DNA from: the human T2T-CHM13v2.0 reference genome, Homo sapiens
NCBI RefSeq assembly: GCF_009914755.1
Contig: NC_060930.1
Reading direction: 5' to 3' (one strand)
Length of the DNA stretch: 64,000 nt
Part shown: positions 1-16,749 of the stretch, piece by piece
How the letters are laid out: each line of letters opens with the position of its first letter
How positions within the stretch are numbered: the first letter of the stretch is position 1
The notes under the pieces: generated by a model
What the model saw: only the letters and a program-made list of their open reading frames with translations
Database searches by the model: none
Told to the model about the DNA's origin: nothing
Position numbers and translations under genes: made by a program

Positions 1-2384
1 AGTATATCTAATTTTGTCAAGGGAAAGGGTCAGGGAAGTCTTTAAGCTTGAATTATGAAAAAAATGACAGATGCTTTTTCAAATACACTATTTTTAGTGC
101 TGCAGTTCATTTAATTGAAGCACGTATTCTACCTGAGGGATGTTATCTTATGTAACACCACACGTGACCAAAACGGTGTACTTGGTCAGGTTTATTTAAA
201 TATTTTGAAAGCCAATTCAATTTAAAATGAACTGATATGATTCAGACAATTTGCGGAGGGAGAATTAACATAAAGAAAGTTTTCACATCTTTTCTCCTAA
301 GAAGAAAATAGATCTAGTTTTCTCAATTAAGAAGAATTTATTGAAAATGTATTGGTATGCTAATATGTAATTACACTAACATTAACCACTGTTGTTTTGT
401 GCCAAAATCATGTGCCTTCATCCATATAATTTCCTGATCACATCTAATTGCATTTTAAGGTTTTGTGGCTCTTCTAGGAAATTCAGTTTGCAAAAGATAT
501 GGCCACTGAACTGGAGTTTATTTTTTACGTATTTTATTATGATAGTCATCTGATCAAGTCTTTTGTATTTTTTAAACATTATCCAATTTGGATCATTGAA
601 AATCAGAAGTAATGTCTGTGGGACCATTATAGAGCAAATAGTCTCACTGTCCAGTGTGCACAAAACACTGGCTTTTGAGGAAAAAAGGGCTTTATTTGCC
701 TTTTTTCGAATAGGCAAGTAGTCAGCAAGGAGACAGGAGTGGATTCAAATCTGTCTCCTCAAGTTAGGGACCCCTTGCTTCTGAAAGAGTTTTAGTATTC
801 AGGTTCCAGTCATGTCCCAGTTTTACCGGTATAGAGGGGAATATTGATTGGTTTTGGGTGTTGTTAGAGATCAAAGCTTTTTCTATTGTGCATGCCTAGG
901 CTACATGAACTGCAGATTTTGGTTTTATTATATCTGAAAGGTAACTCAACATTTTGTTACCAACTAAGCAGGCCCAATTTGGGCTAGTCCAGTAGGTACA
1001 GGACTTATTCAACTAAAAATTCAATTATGAATTTATGTGACAGTATTTAGTTTAATATTAAACAGCATTAAACTATCCTTTATGTCCTTATATTTTCACT
1101 TCCATGAAAATGAATGATTTTGATACCTTGTAATCTACTAAACTATCTTTGTTCACTGTAGATTAATTTGCTTTTACCAACATTTAGATTTAAAATATTC
1201 TCATTTTACTTTGTGGCTTTCAATACATACATCATTAAGGTCCTTTCCTAGTTAGAATATAAGCTGTGGGAGGGCAGTAACTATATCTCTAGGACTTAGC
1301 ATGATGCTTAATACACAGTAGAAAATGAGTGTTTGTTGAATGCATAAATCCTGTTTTTCCATCCAGGCCAGTTTGTCCAATTCAATGTATAAAACTACTT
1401 ATAATCAGGAATATGCCACAAATGGATTTTCCCAAGCATTATATTTTATTGATGTACATGTTTTGTTTCCTCTGTGTAGGTGTCAATGTCTTGTTTGAGG
1501 CAGGAATGATTTGATTTTCTTGGTATCTTTCATAGCACTTGCCACAATGCTTTACACGTAGTCAAGATGGTCAATAAATATCTACCAAATAAATGGGTAG
1601 ATATAAATTATCCACCTACCCTTTTTTTCTTTCCACACTAAAGGAGTGCAATTAACTTTACATTGTACGTGTGATTACTTGAAACCATAGCTATAATATT
1701 ATCACACTTTCCTTCAGAAAAAAAAATTGGGTAAAGTTGGTAAACTTATTAACAGAGTTTTGAAGTAGAGCACTATGTCATAGCTATCGAATAATAGATA
1801 AAGGCATTCTGAAACACATAATATTTAAAACATAGACTCATAAAAAGTCATTTTCAAGTATTTCTTAAGCAGATACTGTCAGATATATTGGACGATGAGA
1901 TAATTTGAGAGCACGTGTTCTGAAAAACAGGGTAAGACACTTGGACAAAGAAGTTTTATCTTTAAATCCTGCAAAATAAACATACACAAAAATCAGAATT
2001 TTTACCAATTATATTGGCGTACTTCAAATGAGATTTGATTACCTATATACACTATCAAAAATAGCATTTTTGTCAGGCAGGAGCAGAAAGGAAATATAGT
2101 ACATGCTGTAATAAAAGTATAATCAATATAAAAGTAAAGATTTTAGCATCAGCATGTGAAGAAAAAGTCATCCTGGGCAACACATGGTTTATCTTTTAAA
2201 CATCTTAATAAAATCTTTTTGGATGGATCATTTCTAGAATGTATTACATGTATTTACTCTTTGAAACTGCAGGACAGTGAGAATAAACCAAACTCTAGAT
2301 GAAAATTTCATGTCTGTTTTGATGCTTTCATAATCATTCTATTTATATATTTATTTTTTTAAAAGTATTTCATGAAGTGTCTTC

Positions 2385-3115
2385 TTTTTCTAACTTTTAT
2401 TTTAAATTCAGGGGTTACATGTGCAGATTTATTAGATGGCTATGTTGTGTGATGCTGAAGTTTGGAGTGTGCATGATCCCATAACCCCGATAGTGAGCAT
2501 CACACACAGTAGGTAGTTTTTCAACATTTGCCCCCTTTGCCCCAACTCTAGTAATCCCCAGTGTCTATTGTACTCATCTTTATTTCCATGTGTACCCAAT
2601 GTTTAGCTCCCATTATAAGTGAGAACATCTAATATTTGGTTTTCTTTTTTGGCCATTAGTTCGCTTAGGATAATGGCCTCCATCTACACACTTGTTGCCA
2701 CAAAAGGCATGATTTTGTCCTTTTTTATGGCTACGTAGAGTTCCATAGTGTAAATGTACCACATTTTCTTTATCCAATCCATTGTTGATGAGCACCTGGG
2801 TTGATTCCTTGTCTTTGCTATTGTGAATAGTTCTGTGATGAACATACAGGTGAATGTATCTCTTTGGTAGAACAATTTATTTTCCTTTGGGTGTAAATCC
2901 AAAGGATTTGGTGAGTCAAATGATAGTTCAACTCAGTTCTTTGAGAAATCTCTAAAATGCTCTTCACAGCAGCTGGACTAACTGACATTCCCACCAACAG
3001 TTTATAAGTGTTCCTTTTTCTTCACAGCCTTGCCAATATCAGTTATTTTTTGTTGTTGTTGACTTTTTAACAATGGCCACTCTGACTGATGTGAGATGGT
3101 ATCTCAATGTGGTTT
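2385..3115 (-). mobile_element. Older L1 3' fragment (late L1PA/L1PB-like)
   Basis: Diverged L1 3' UTR and degenerate ORF2 C-terminus (DWIKKMWYIYTME in ORF 2684-2902). Confidence 0.85.
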
Positions 3116-3235
3116 TCATAATAATTGTATACTTCACATTGCAATCACCCAGGAATATAAAATTCGTGTCTATCCAATTTCTTATTCATGGTTTGACCTA
3201 GAAATGTGGCCAACATTAACCCAGTAACCATTTAC

Positions 3236-3607
3236 TGTATTAGTCCATTCTCACAGTGCTATAAAGAACTGTTTGAGACTGGGTGATTTATGAAGAAAAG
3301 AAGTTTAATCGACTCACAGTTCCACATGGCTGGGGAGGCATCAGGAGACTTACAATCCTAGTGGAGGGGAAGCAAACATGTCCTTCTTCACATGGCAGCA
3401 GCAGGGAAAAATGCTGAGTAAAGCAGGGAAAAGTCCCTTATAAAACCATCAGATCATGAGAACTCACTCACTATCATGAGAATAGCATGAGGGTAACCAC
3501 CCCCATGATTGAATTACCTACCATCTGGTCCCACTCACCGAACATGGGCATTATAGGAACCACAATTCAAGATTAGATTTGGGTGGGGACACAGCCAAAC
3601 CATATTA
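3236..3607 (-). mobile_element. MaLR solo LTR (THE1/MST family)
   Basis: tgtattagtccattctcac...gggtggggacacagccaaaccatat is the reverse complement of THE1/MST LTR termini. Confidence 0.88.
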
Positions 3608-4104
3608 CCATCAGTTTTATTCTTTCACCTCTTTGTAGGTTCAAATGAGCACTCATCAATAATTCCCCCTTCCCATCCCCTCTGAATAGCATGTACTCAC
3701 CTCACATTGTATCTCATCTTTTTCATCTTATTCCCTATTATCATTTACTTACTCCATAATTCCTCACATAAATTATGTTTGTTTTCTACACAAATATTAA
3801 ATAGATTAAGTAATTTTATGTCTGTTTTCAATGAGAATTTAAATCCTTTGAAAGTCAGAATTTTAAATTATAGGTTGATAATAAGCTGATTTATGAGCCG
3901 AGCTTTATGAACTGAGAAAAACATTGAACATATTTAAAGCAGGGTTCACTCCTTAGCAGAGCTGCAAATGACAGTGATACCATAGTGAAGATTTCTTGAT
4001 TCTGGTTCTGAATCTTAGTTATATAGGTCCCCAATGCTTATTATGCATTTATTTAGGAAGTATTGAGGTAGTTAAACACAAGTGATTTTTAAACTGGACA
4101 TTAA

Positions 4105-6188
<2,084 letters not shown>

Positions 6189-7015
6189 TTAATTTTTAAT
6201 CTGAGTGTAACAAGGATGAGTGTTTCCCATTCCTCTTAATCCTTGTTGATAGGTGCAATTAGAAGCCAATTTACAAATCGGTGGACAAGAAACCAAGGAC
6301 AAAACCTCAATAAGAGATCTCTTGTCCTTTATCTTGGGGGTATTTCTTTTTAAGTACTATCGCTAGTCATTTAGAATCGGAGCATCCTTTCTTAGAGATA
6401 ATAATCTACACATACTATTTTTTCTTTCATTTTGCTTGGTAGACCATCATATATCTGCTCAGCCAAAACAGAAATGTCTCAAAGATGTTACAGTGCAATT
6501 GAGTAGGCTATTTTTTTTTTACAGAAATAACTACTTTTCCTAACTTAAGAAAGTAGTAACACAGTAATTATTTATTTCTGATGAAAATTTCATTTCTGTT
6601 TTCTAAATTTGCTTTCTTCTTGTTTTTCTCTTTACTTCTTTTACATTGAATGAGTTTTCTTTTGACTCATTGTTTTTTCCCCTCCATTAATTGGAAGTTA
6701 TAAGCTTTATTTCTCTTTATTCTTTAGGGGTTTTTATGGAAATTTTAACCAGCAAAGTTAACAAGATATTGATAACCAATATTTTACCCTTCTTCCAAAC
6801 AATACAAGGACCTTAGGAAGCTTAGACTGATCAACCATTCTGCTGACATCTGCTATTATATTAGTTCTAATCTGATTCTTTCGTGTTTAGATTGAACATA
6901 TTTTACACACTTGTTTGCTTTACTTGCCATTTATTATTTATTTCTTCTTATAGACAGTCTTCTGTGGAGTCCTGTTTTCTTCTAGAATTACATATATATT
7001 GTGTGTTTATGTGTT

Positions 7016-7038
7016 TGTGTGTGTGTGTGTGTGTGTGT
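7016..7038. repeat. (TG)n microsatellite
   Basis: Seen directly. Confidence 0.95.
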
Positions 7039-7487
7039 AAAGATCTCTCATCTTGGGATCAACATTACAAATAAAAACTTAATTTGAGTTCACATAAAAT
7101 CAGAAGCCTGTATTTAGGAAGTCAAAATTTAAGAAGAAAACATGTTTAGGTGAGCCTGTTAATTATGTAAATAGTAAAATTAGTTTGAAACACGAAATTG
7201 TCATTTTTGTAGGCTAAAATGAAGTGTTACACATTTCATATAACCTAACCTGTACATTTTTCCTCCTTATAATGTCTTTAAAATGTTTGCAGAAGCTTTT
7301 CTTACCTTAGGACCTAAATATACAACATTAAAGATTAATCTAAAAAAGAATCTGGATCCTTTTTTATAAATAATAATTGTGATAGATTCCTTTCTGGTAT
7401 TTCACAAGTTTTCTTAAGAACCCAGATCTAATTAGAAATGAAAACAAGTCTAAATGATTAAAATATGGTTTCCTTAGAAAACAAAAA

Positions 7488-7490
<3 letters not shown>

Positions 7491-7524
<34 letters not shown>
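7491..7524. repeat. (AC)17 microsatellite
   Basis: Seen directly. Confidence 0.95.
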
Positions 7525-7528
<4 letters not shown>

Positions 7529-8237
7529 CCTCATCCCTGCAGCACCATTCAGGGCCCACTTATTCTGAAAGTGCCAGAGGCCTGTCACCATTGTTGGAAG
7601 CTTAGCAAAGTTCAAAGAGAGCTTATCAATGCACAGTGAGATTTAATGTGCACTACTCATTATCCTGGTGAGACCCTTTGTTAAAATAGTCAATTTCTAT
7701 GCTGTTTGTAAGGTTGTGCAGTTGTAATTCCTGGATGACTGCCAGAAATAGCCTTAGTAACAAAACACCCAGCATCCTTCTGTTCTCAAATCAATCAGTC
7801 ATTGTGTAAAGAACTTTTTGATTTATAATGAATCTTGTGGCCAGTATTTTTAGGTTATTTCACTACACTAAGTCAACAGTATGTTACTTCTAGGTATGTT
7901 ATTATAAATGGACTCATTCCCCTACATCTCTATACATAAGCTTCTTATGTTATGGTTTGTCATAACAGGTGAAGTTGAATTTGTTAATTAAAAGAGTATG
8001 TAATATGCATACAAATAATAATACTAGCATTCTGATATGCTTTTGTATTCCCTCTATACAAATTATGGGCCACTTAAGAAACAAATGAGCTTCATAGTTT
8101 TCCTAAAGTAATTGGTGCAATGTTACAACTAAACACAGACGAACACACACACACATATATATATGTTTATGTTTATGTTTTTATACTTCACATATATATG
8201 TAGAGTATATATGCATATAGATGTTTATGAATACATA

Positions 8238-8577
8238 CAGTTGGCCAGTTGGCCCTCTTTATCCTTGGGTTCCAGATTCAATCAACTAGGGATCGAAAAT
8301 ACCAGGGCTAGGGAAGGATAGTTGTGTCTGTACTGAACATGCAGACTATTTTTTGCTTTTCATTCCCTAAGCAATGCAGTATAACAACTATTTACATAGC
8401 ATTTACATTGACTTAATTATTATAAGCAATCTAGAGATGATTTAAAGTATACAGGAGGATGTGCATAGGTTATATGCAAATACTATATACTTCATATAAA
8501 GGATTTGAGCACCGATGAATTTTGGTATTCGACAGGGGCCCTGAAACCCATTTCCCCTGGATATCAACAGATGACTA
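8238..8577 (-). mobile_element. MER2-like TcMar-Tigger DNA transposon (non-autonomous)
   Basis: Internal gtataacaactatttacatagcatttacattg...tctagagatgatttaaagtatacaggaggatgtgcataggttatatgcaaatacta; degenerate CAGT.. terminal inverted repeats flanked by TA. Confidence 0.8.
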
Positions 8578-8914
8578 TACAAATATGACATTTATGTGTG
8601 TATATGTACGTTAAAAATAGTTTTAAAAGAATAAAAACATCTGAGTACAAAATAAGTATTTGAATAGACTAAGATTCAGTATTTTGTCAAGGACAACAAC
8701 TCATGTTTAAATGTCAATATTAACTTTGATAACTTAGCAAGGAACTGATACATCTATGTTTGCTTTTTTTGTTGAGCTCTATTTTTCAATTCATTGTTCC
8801 TTAATACATTTTCATTCTATGTGGAGAGATAAACAGTCCATCAAATGTATTTTGTTTTTTAAAAGGCTTTGTAACTGTAACCTGTAGAATGACTTGGGAA
8901 TCAGCCAAGTTTTC

Positions 8915-9160
8915 AAATCTCCCTCCACTCTTTATTTGAAGTGTGATCTTAGACAACTTGGTTATGTTCTCTGAGCCTCACTTCTCTCACTTAAAAAAGG
9001 GCATTGATGAAAGCACACACTTCATAGTAATGATTAAATGACCTAAAATGTATGAAGTGCTTAGAATCGTGCCAGGTATATTATATTATATTATATTATA
9101 TTATATTATATTATATTATATTATATTATATTAATGTACTGAATAAATGTTAGCTGTCAT
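8915..9160 (+). mobile_element. MIR interrupted by a (TATAT)n microsatellite
   Basis: gtgtgatcttagacaac...ctctgagcctcacttc...aagtgcttaga...ataaatgttagct core motifs. Confidence 0.65.
9077..9132. repeat. (TATAT)n pentanucleotide repeat
   Basis: About 11 perfect units. Confidence 0.95.
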
Positions 9161-12100
9161 TTGTATTTTTTTCTTGATGGAAATAATAGCAAAATTTCTG
9201 ATATAAATGAAAACATAAACTCAGGCATCTCACTTCCTCAACCATTTACCCAATTTCCCATGGAAATTATCAATAGAGTAAACAAATAAGTAAAAGTTTG
9301 CATTCTCAATGGAATCTAGGGATGGAGCCTTCAAAGTGTCAAGTTTTTTTTTCTATTTAGTCTAGTGCATATAAAATTAGAGTGAAGGAAGAATAGAAGG
9401 TTGGTAACTGATCCCCTTCATAAAATATCAGTGTGTCTGAGAATTACATGGGAGGCCATGAGAAATTGCCATTTGTATTCCCAGTAGTGTTTTGTTTTAA
9501 ACATTAAAAGATTCTGTGTTAATCTAAACACAATATACCTCACAAATTTATTACTATTAGATATTTTAAACAATTTTGAGACTCTCTGGTCTGTTTAACT
9601 CTCTCTGTATTTTTATTTCCAGAACACATTGAGCTCTGTTGACTTTCTGACTTATCACGCTTTCTCTTACAAGTCATTCGTTATCGTCTCTGAATTCTCA
9701 GTGTCCTCCATTATGAGTAATCTCCCTTCATTCCTAATCTTTCTTCATTATTTGCTATCTTGTTTCACTTCTCTTCTATTCAAACTGCTCATTCCGTAGC
9801 TCTGCCAGTGCTGGCTGCTCTGTCTCTCACACTCCACTTATTTTAAGAGTCTGGTTCAGATTCTTTTGACTACCTGGATCAAGCAGTATGTACTGATTAT
9901 TTTACTGTTATAAACTCAAAAATCTTAGTAGTTTATACCTACAGAGATTGTTTCTCATTAACACTGCTTATAAAGCATAGGTCAGCTGAAGGCTCTGTTC
10001 CATATTTTCTCACTCAAGGACTCAGGCTGATGGAGCCACTACCACGTGGTGTGCTTTTACTTCTGGGAAGCGAAATGAGAGAACATGGTGAACTGCAGAC
10101 CGTCTCTCAAAAGTTTCTTTGCAGAAGTGAAAGTACACAACTTCTGCTTACATTCCTTGATCAAGGTAAACCATATTACTGTGCTCAACTTAAAGGTAAG
10201 AAAAGAGTACAATATTCCATGTACACAAAGAAAGACAAAGTGGAATGTAGTTAAATAGCCCTAATGCTTAACCTATTTCCCATTGCTGTTTTAATTCATG
10301 GTTTCTCTAGAACCCAGAAAAAAATACATGCTTCTTTGAGGCTCATTTCTCTGGATATACCATTCCTTTCATTCTTATGTTATCACCTACTCACTTTCTG
10401 ATCACAATTACATATGCACCATTTATTTTGGGAATGGACTCATAGCCTTTCACTTTAAGAGAGCCAATTTCATAGTTTTATTTGAATTCAGTGTCCTTAC
10501 GGAAGACTCATCCATTACCCTGGACTCTATGCTTCTTGGGTTCTTGAACCTCTCAGCCACCTAGTCCTAAAGTCACATCATAGTCATGATCATAACCTAA
10601 AGGACAGCGACAATTATATCAATAATCTGAAAATTCAAATCATTTCTGCTTGCTTGTTAATTTGGTTGATCTCACTACATTTTTTTTTTTTTACCCCATC
10701 CAACCCCTGAGTTGGGCAACTGGAAGAAGCTGTATTAGCATGAAAATAAGTAGCCCCAGAACTCCAGAAACTGTGTGCCTTTATGGGCTGATACTCCTAT
10801 TTCGGGGTAGGTAAACTTGGACCACAGAAGTTCACTTTCAAATGGAAAGTGAGGTCTCACGATTTCAAGCAGTGAAACTCAAAAACTCAGCCAGACAGGC
10901 ATCAGTGACGTTTTGACTTTACAAGAAATTGGAGGAAATTTTGTCCACCAACCCATAGCCTAAAAATAAAACTGCTGACTCAATAGGGCCCTAGATTCAT
11001 ATGGCTTATTTTAAATAACCGACAAGTTGAAACATCATGTTGTCCCTTGGACTACTGTGGCTATCTAGTGTCAGAGCCAACTACACAAAAACTAAACTGA
11101 ATGTGATCATTCTGGTTAGTGGGCAGAACTCAAGGCTATTCTTATGTCTAGCTATGATCCTTGAGTTGTTTCCAGTGACCTGAATATTTGGTTTGCTCAT
11201 CAGACTAGCAGATTAAATATACCCTTCTTTGGGGTAACCAAATATAGAAAAACATTGTGGCTGCTAATTGGACAGTTTGGGTCACTAATGAGTTCAGAAT
11301 CTGTGTTTATTTACTGCTATATTGCTCTTTCTCACTCATAAGTTATCTCAAATATTCCATAAATCTTCTCCTAACCACTCCACTGATCTCTTGCTTATAT
11401 AATTTATTGTGTTCTTATAGTTTCTCTGGGTATTTCTTGCTTCAAAGAGTTGTGTATAAGCTCTGGGAGGGATCATGTTTAAATATCTTGACATTCTTAC
11501 TCTGCCAAGTCTATCAGTGGATACTGATTAATAGATTCTGTCATATTATTTCACAGTCGAGAAAATAGAAATTTACTGTATTTTACTATGAGATATATTT
11601 ATATGAACTCTTTTAACTAGTGAAGGGATGATAATTACCTTCTGAAATTAGGGATATTTAACATTTTTATAATTTTGTCTTAGTTCCAAGTCTTATTTTT
11701 ATATCTAAACAGAAGAGTAATTTGATTGATTATTACTTCATTTTATTCCTGGAAAAACTGCATGAACATATGAGAATAATAAGAATTGGTAGCATTCAAA
11801 CATAGTAGCTAACAACATCCCACAACATATTACTTTATATTTGATATCAGAGATTCCATCTGAATTGTTTCAATTAAAATATATTTATAAAAAGAGAGCT
11901 TAGTTTTCCTTGTCCTCAAAATATGCAACATATTGTCTTCATTTCAGCAACTAAAAATAAAGCAAAACAATCACTAAACTATTTACTCATTTCATGTCTT
12001 AGTAGTTTATTTTCAGAAAAGAGTTGTATTTGTACTGAAGTCACTCTACAAACTTAGGCCAAATAAAACTTTTTATATATGCATCTCAATCTTCAAAGTC

Positions 12101-12645
12101 TTAAATTTAATAACCATAAAAAATTTTGTGGACTTACTTTATTGTTTATAGTTGTGTTTTATTTGATTAATGTTTTTCAAGTACTTGTTTGATAAATATA
12201 TAATAACATTACATTTTAAGTAATAGCCTTGTTTTGGTTTTATGTATGTTTAAATATAATAATTATAGAATGTAACACCATATTTTATATATAGGTAATT
12301 ATCTTTGGCAGAATAACTTTTTTCACTTAAATTGTGATTTCAAAAGATGCTAATTACTTCAGAATCAAGAAATCAGTAATAGCTAAATCAGAAACAGAAA
12401 ATATTAGAAACATTGTTTAGTGCAGCACTATGCTCATGAACAATAAAAATGACAGACATAGTAATATCTATTATAATAATAGAAATAATACATATTTGGA
12501 GTATTGATATGCAAGATCTCAGATTATTTTTAAATAAAAGTTTAGTCTTTTAGGAATTATCACTGTGAAGAAAACAGGAAATTTCTGCGTACTGATATTT
12601 TTCTAGGGAACAAAAGTAACTTGTCTAGTGCATTAAATATAAATT

Positions 12646-12880
12646 CCAGCTAGCCTGTGCAACATTATCAGAACACATCTCTAAAAAAAAAAAAAATAGA
12701 AAAATTGGCCAGATGTGGTGGTGCATGGCTGTAGTCTGACCTACCCAAGAGGTTGAGGTGGGAGGATCCCTTGAGCCCAGGATTTTAAGGCTGCAATGAG
12801 CTATGATTGAGCCACTGCACCCTACCCTGGGTGACAGAGCAAGACCCTGTCCCTAAAAAATAAATAAATAAGTAAATAAA
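12646..12880 (+). mobile_element. 5'-truncated AluJ
   Basis: Partial left arm, A-rich linker, right arm with ggaggatcccttgagcccagg...ggctgcaatgagctatgat (J-type), A-rich tail. Confidence 0.85.
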
Positions 12881-12882
12881 TT

Positions 12883-13241
12883 TGTCTTAGTCCATTTTCA
12901 CGCTGTTGATAAAGACATACCTGAGACTGGGTAATTCATAAAGAAAAAGTAGTTTAATGAATTCAGTTCCATGTGGCTGGGGAGGCCTCACAGTCATGGG
13001 GGAAGGCAAAAGGCATGTCTCACATGGTGGCAGACAAGAGAGAATGAGAGCCAAGTGAAAGGGGAAACCCCTTATAAAATCTTCAGATCTCATGAGACTT
13101 ATTCATTACTATGAGAACAGTATGGGGGAAACCACTCCCATGATTCAATTATCTTCCACTGGGTCCCTCCCACAACACCTGTATATTAAGGGAGCTACAA
13201 TTAAAAAGAGATTTGGGTGGGGACACAGCCAAACCATATCA
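12883..13241 (-). mobile_element. THE1 solo LTR (THE1B-like)
   Basis: tgtcttagtccattttcacgctgttgataaagacatacc...ggggacacagccaaaccatatca; near-TSD aaatt/acatt. Confidence 0.9.
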
Positions 13242-14290
13242 ACATTTATTCCATGGAAATATTATAATAATTCTAGTATAGAGAAATATTAATATTTATG
13301 AAGCATACAATTGAGAGTGCACAACAAAATCAGATTTGGGTGGGGAATAAAACAAAACTAAACTAAAACAATTAATATCCTCCCCCAAAACTCTAGAAAC
13401 ATTTTAGACCCATAGTTATTCTGAAGACATCAGTTAAGTTTATTTTTCATTGTCATTAATGGCAAGTTTGATAAGTTTACTCAATATTATTTGAAATTAT
13501 TAGCAGGCTTATTTCACCATTAGCAAGAAGGAGGTGCTGAAGCAGCAGCTAAATCTATTACTTTTTTTTTTTAAATGATTTCCTATTCATGCCCTACAAG
13601 TGTGAGGGAAATCTCTGAATTTTATAACTCAATTGCCCACTTTACTTTCTTTCTGTTGGGCACTGTGTGGTAACTACTTGGTTTGGTGAAAATGAACTAA
13701 ATTAATATTTCTAAAACATAAGTTTATGTTTTTGTAAACTGCAAATACATATTAGATTTTGTATAGTATGGGAAATATACAATTTAAACAAGTTTAATTT
13801 TTTTATATTTTAAACTTACGTAGCTTTAATCTCATCAGTTTTTTCTTAAACAATACCTAGTGAGTGCTGACATAACCATATGCGGTAACTTGTTTATGGT
13901 AATAACTAAAACAGTTAATCACAGAGATATTTATGAAACATTTTAGCAGTTATTGACTATTATTTATCATAGCAAAAATTAAAAATCATGCACATAAAAA
14001 ATCTCATTTTTTAAAATTATTTTTTATCCTTTTATATGATCCCAGTATTAACCATATAATCCAGCATTTCTCATTCATGCTGCCAGAGATGGAGACCTCA
14101 ACAGAAACAGTGGGCTGAAGTTGTTGGAGAGATGGGAGGGTTGAAGTACAAGGACGTTTTTATTAAATATCCCTACCTTTACTACTATGCGGTCTTTACA
14201 ACAAAAATGACCCAACAGCTAATCTAAAAGAAGTATTTGGGTGAAAAAAAATCAATGAAAATACAAACCTCAAGAGTATTCTCTTTGGCA

Positions 14291-14323
<33 letters not shown>
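14291..14323. repeat. (AAT)11 microsatellite
   Basis: Seen directly. Confidence 0.95.
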
Positions 14324-14324
<1 letters not shown>

Positions 14325-14376
14325 TAATAAAGGGGGTCCTGAGGGTAGAATTACCATGTGCAATAGTGATAGTTTT

Positions 14377-15085
14377 ATTCATTCAAAAAATAGTTGTTTA
14401 GTGACTACTTTGTGCCAGTCACTGTACTAGACACTGGAGTTACAGAATTGGGCAAAACAGTGAAACTCCTTACTCAAAAGGAACTTACATTCTAATAGAA
14501 AAAGACTGACAAGTGACAATGTCTGTTTATGGCACATTTCATGAAGAAAATTAAAGTACTGTATGGAGATAAAGAGTGATAGAATGAGTGTTCAGGAAAG
14601 ACCCCTTTGAGTAATTGTCAGGCAAATGTGATAACCACTATGCTCTGGAAACCCCATTGCGAAAGTGACATCAAAGCAAGCACATGAATGAAATGAAAGA
14701 ATAAGCCATTTGTGTGTATAAAGGGACGAGCTTTCCAGGGAGAGGGAATAGCAAGCGTAAGGCCTGGAAAAAGGAATGTGTACACTCACTTGAGGATTAG
14801 CAAGGCAGACAGAGTTGTTGAAACAACAGTGAGAAAGACCAGAAGAATGATGGAACTAATGTTGATAAAGCCATATCTTGCAATGCTTTGTAGGCAAACA
14901 TGTTCTATAAGTCATTGGAGGATACTGAGCAGAAAGTGGTAATCTGGTATGTGTTTTAGAAAGAACCTTCTGGAGTTAGGATAGAAAAGAGATTCTAGTT
15001 GGGCAAGAATGAAAATAGGGGACCAGTTGGAGTCCATTGTAAGAGTTCAGGCAATGTGACTAGGTTGGTAGTGGCAGAGATGGTG
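14377..15085 (-). mobile_element. L2 fragment
   Basis: attcattcaa...gactactttgtgccagtcactgtactagacactggag (reverse of the L2 3' end) followed by purine-rich L2-like sequence. Boundaries approximate. Confidence 0.6.
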
Positions 15086-16749
15086 TGCCATGTGTACAGA
15101 AGTTGAGTTGTGTTTTCTTTCAAGTGTACACAGAGACAAATTATTTGTTCACATTATGCATTGTGGAGAGTTTAGGAATGCGTGGTATTACTTACATGTG
15201 ACATTATATTGAATATGGATAATTAACTAGCTTAAGTGTCTTAGTTAGAATAAATATTACCAATTTATTCGTATGAACTTACTACTTTAATTATTTTACC
15301 CATTTTATTAAGCATTTAACAACATCATGGAAAAGAAAACAACGTTTAGAACTGATTTTCCAGCGTTAAACTGCAAGAACCTTTAGAAGTATGCATAAGA
15401 TGTTTCACTGATGAGATCATGTATTATAAAAATAAGATCATTATGTTCTTTGATTTCTGAAACTTCATAAAGAAGAAAGCTTCACAACATATTCAAATTT
15501 GGAGTCATTGTGCCATTCATGAAGATATGCTTTGTTATCTAATTTTTGGTTTAAGTTTCCAGAAATTAGACCAATAATTTTTACCATTGCTTTATAAGAT
15601 ATAATCAGTAGATTGCTATTAGTTATGTAACTCTGTAAAAAGAATTAATCTGTTCTATCTAGATGGTTAGTTCAATTGAAATTATATTATTGTACAAATA
15701 AATTTTATTTCTAGAGTAAGACTAGAAAAAAGTTTCAATTAAAAATTCTCTGAGTGGTTTTCTTTGAAAATTTTAGTAAGTTAAATTGAAACTGTATTCA
15801 GCAAACATTTACTAAGCAGTTCCTTGGTGTCAAATTTTATCCTATGCCTTAGGGATGTTAGGTTCATTATGATCACAAAGATGAATAAGACAATTTGGAA
15901 GAGTTTCACATAGAATGGTGGAATATTAAATTAGTGCTTATTAAGTTAATAAGATAGCTGCTGTGTAGGTGTCTTTGTTAGATTTCCAGGGAGGGAAACT
16001 TTACCATTCCCTCAGTTTAGAGTTACATGCTTTGATCGAAGGGTATGCCTGCCGGCTTTCAAGTGTTTTTACTCTCACAGGAACTGAGACAATACAGTTA
16101 CAATAATATGTGCATTCAAATTTCTCATATCTTATTGGTTGACTTATATGTGAAATAACCAGAAATAACACAACATAAATTATTGCTACATGTTAAATTA
16201 CATGATTCTGTTTATAAATTATATACAAATTCACTGAAGAGAAATTAATGTGGATAGAGTATTCAGGAGGAAAAGAACCAGAGATGTGTCTTATAGAATT
16301 CGAATACTAGAGAAAAAAGAATATCATTTTGGGCAGGGAAATAACAAAGCCAGTAAAACAACAGAAATGGATATGATATATTTGAATGGTTGTACAGAAA
16401 AATAGTGGGAAATGAGCATTGTTAAGTCATCTTTGGAGCCATACTTTCCTTAAGATCTCAGGTTTCGGGTTAGCTATTCTGGTTTTGTTTTTCATTTGTA
16501 AAAAGGAAATCACACTACAAATTTTGTAGGGTTGTAGTGAGTATCAATAGAGGTGAAAATCTTCCAAATAATATAGCACATTTTTCCCTCATAATAGACA
16601 CATTAATGCTAGCTATTACTATGATATTCATTTTTCTTTCCCCTTCCACCTTCCCAGTCCAGGGCTGCAAACACAGCAAAGTTGTTTTAACACAATATAT
16701 CTACTAACTGAGGATATGGTAAAAACAACATATTGTTATTTAAAAATAT

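Noticed and set aside
7016-7524. (TG)n and (AC)n tracts about 450 nt apart as a hairpin
   Set aside because: Common microsatellites far from exons; no evidence of function.
14291-14323. (AAT)n as the GRIK2 TAA repeat studied in Huntington disease
   Set aside because: That marker is described in the 3' UTR; this repeat is intronic and upstream of the M1 exon.
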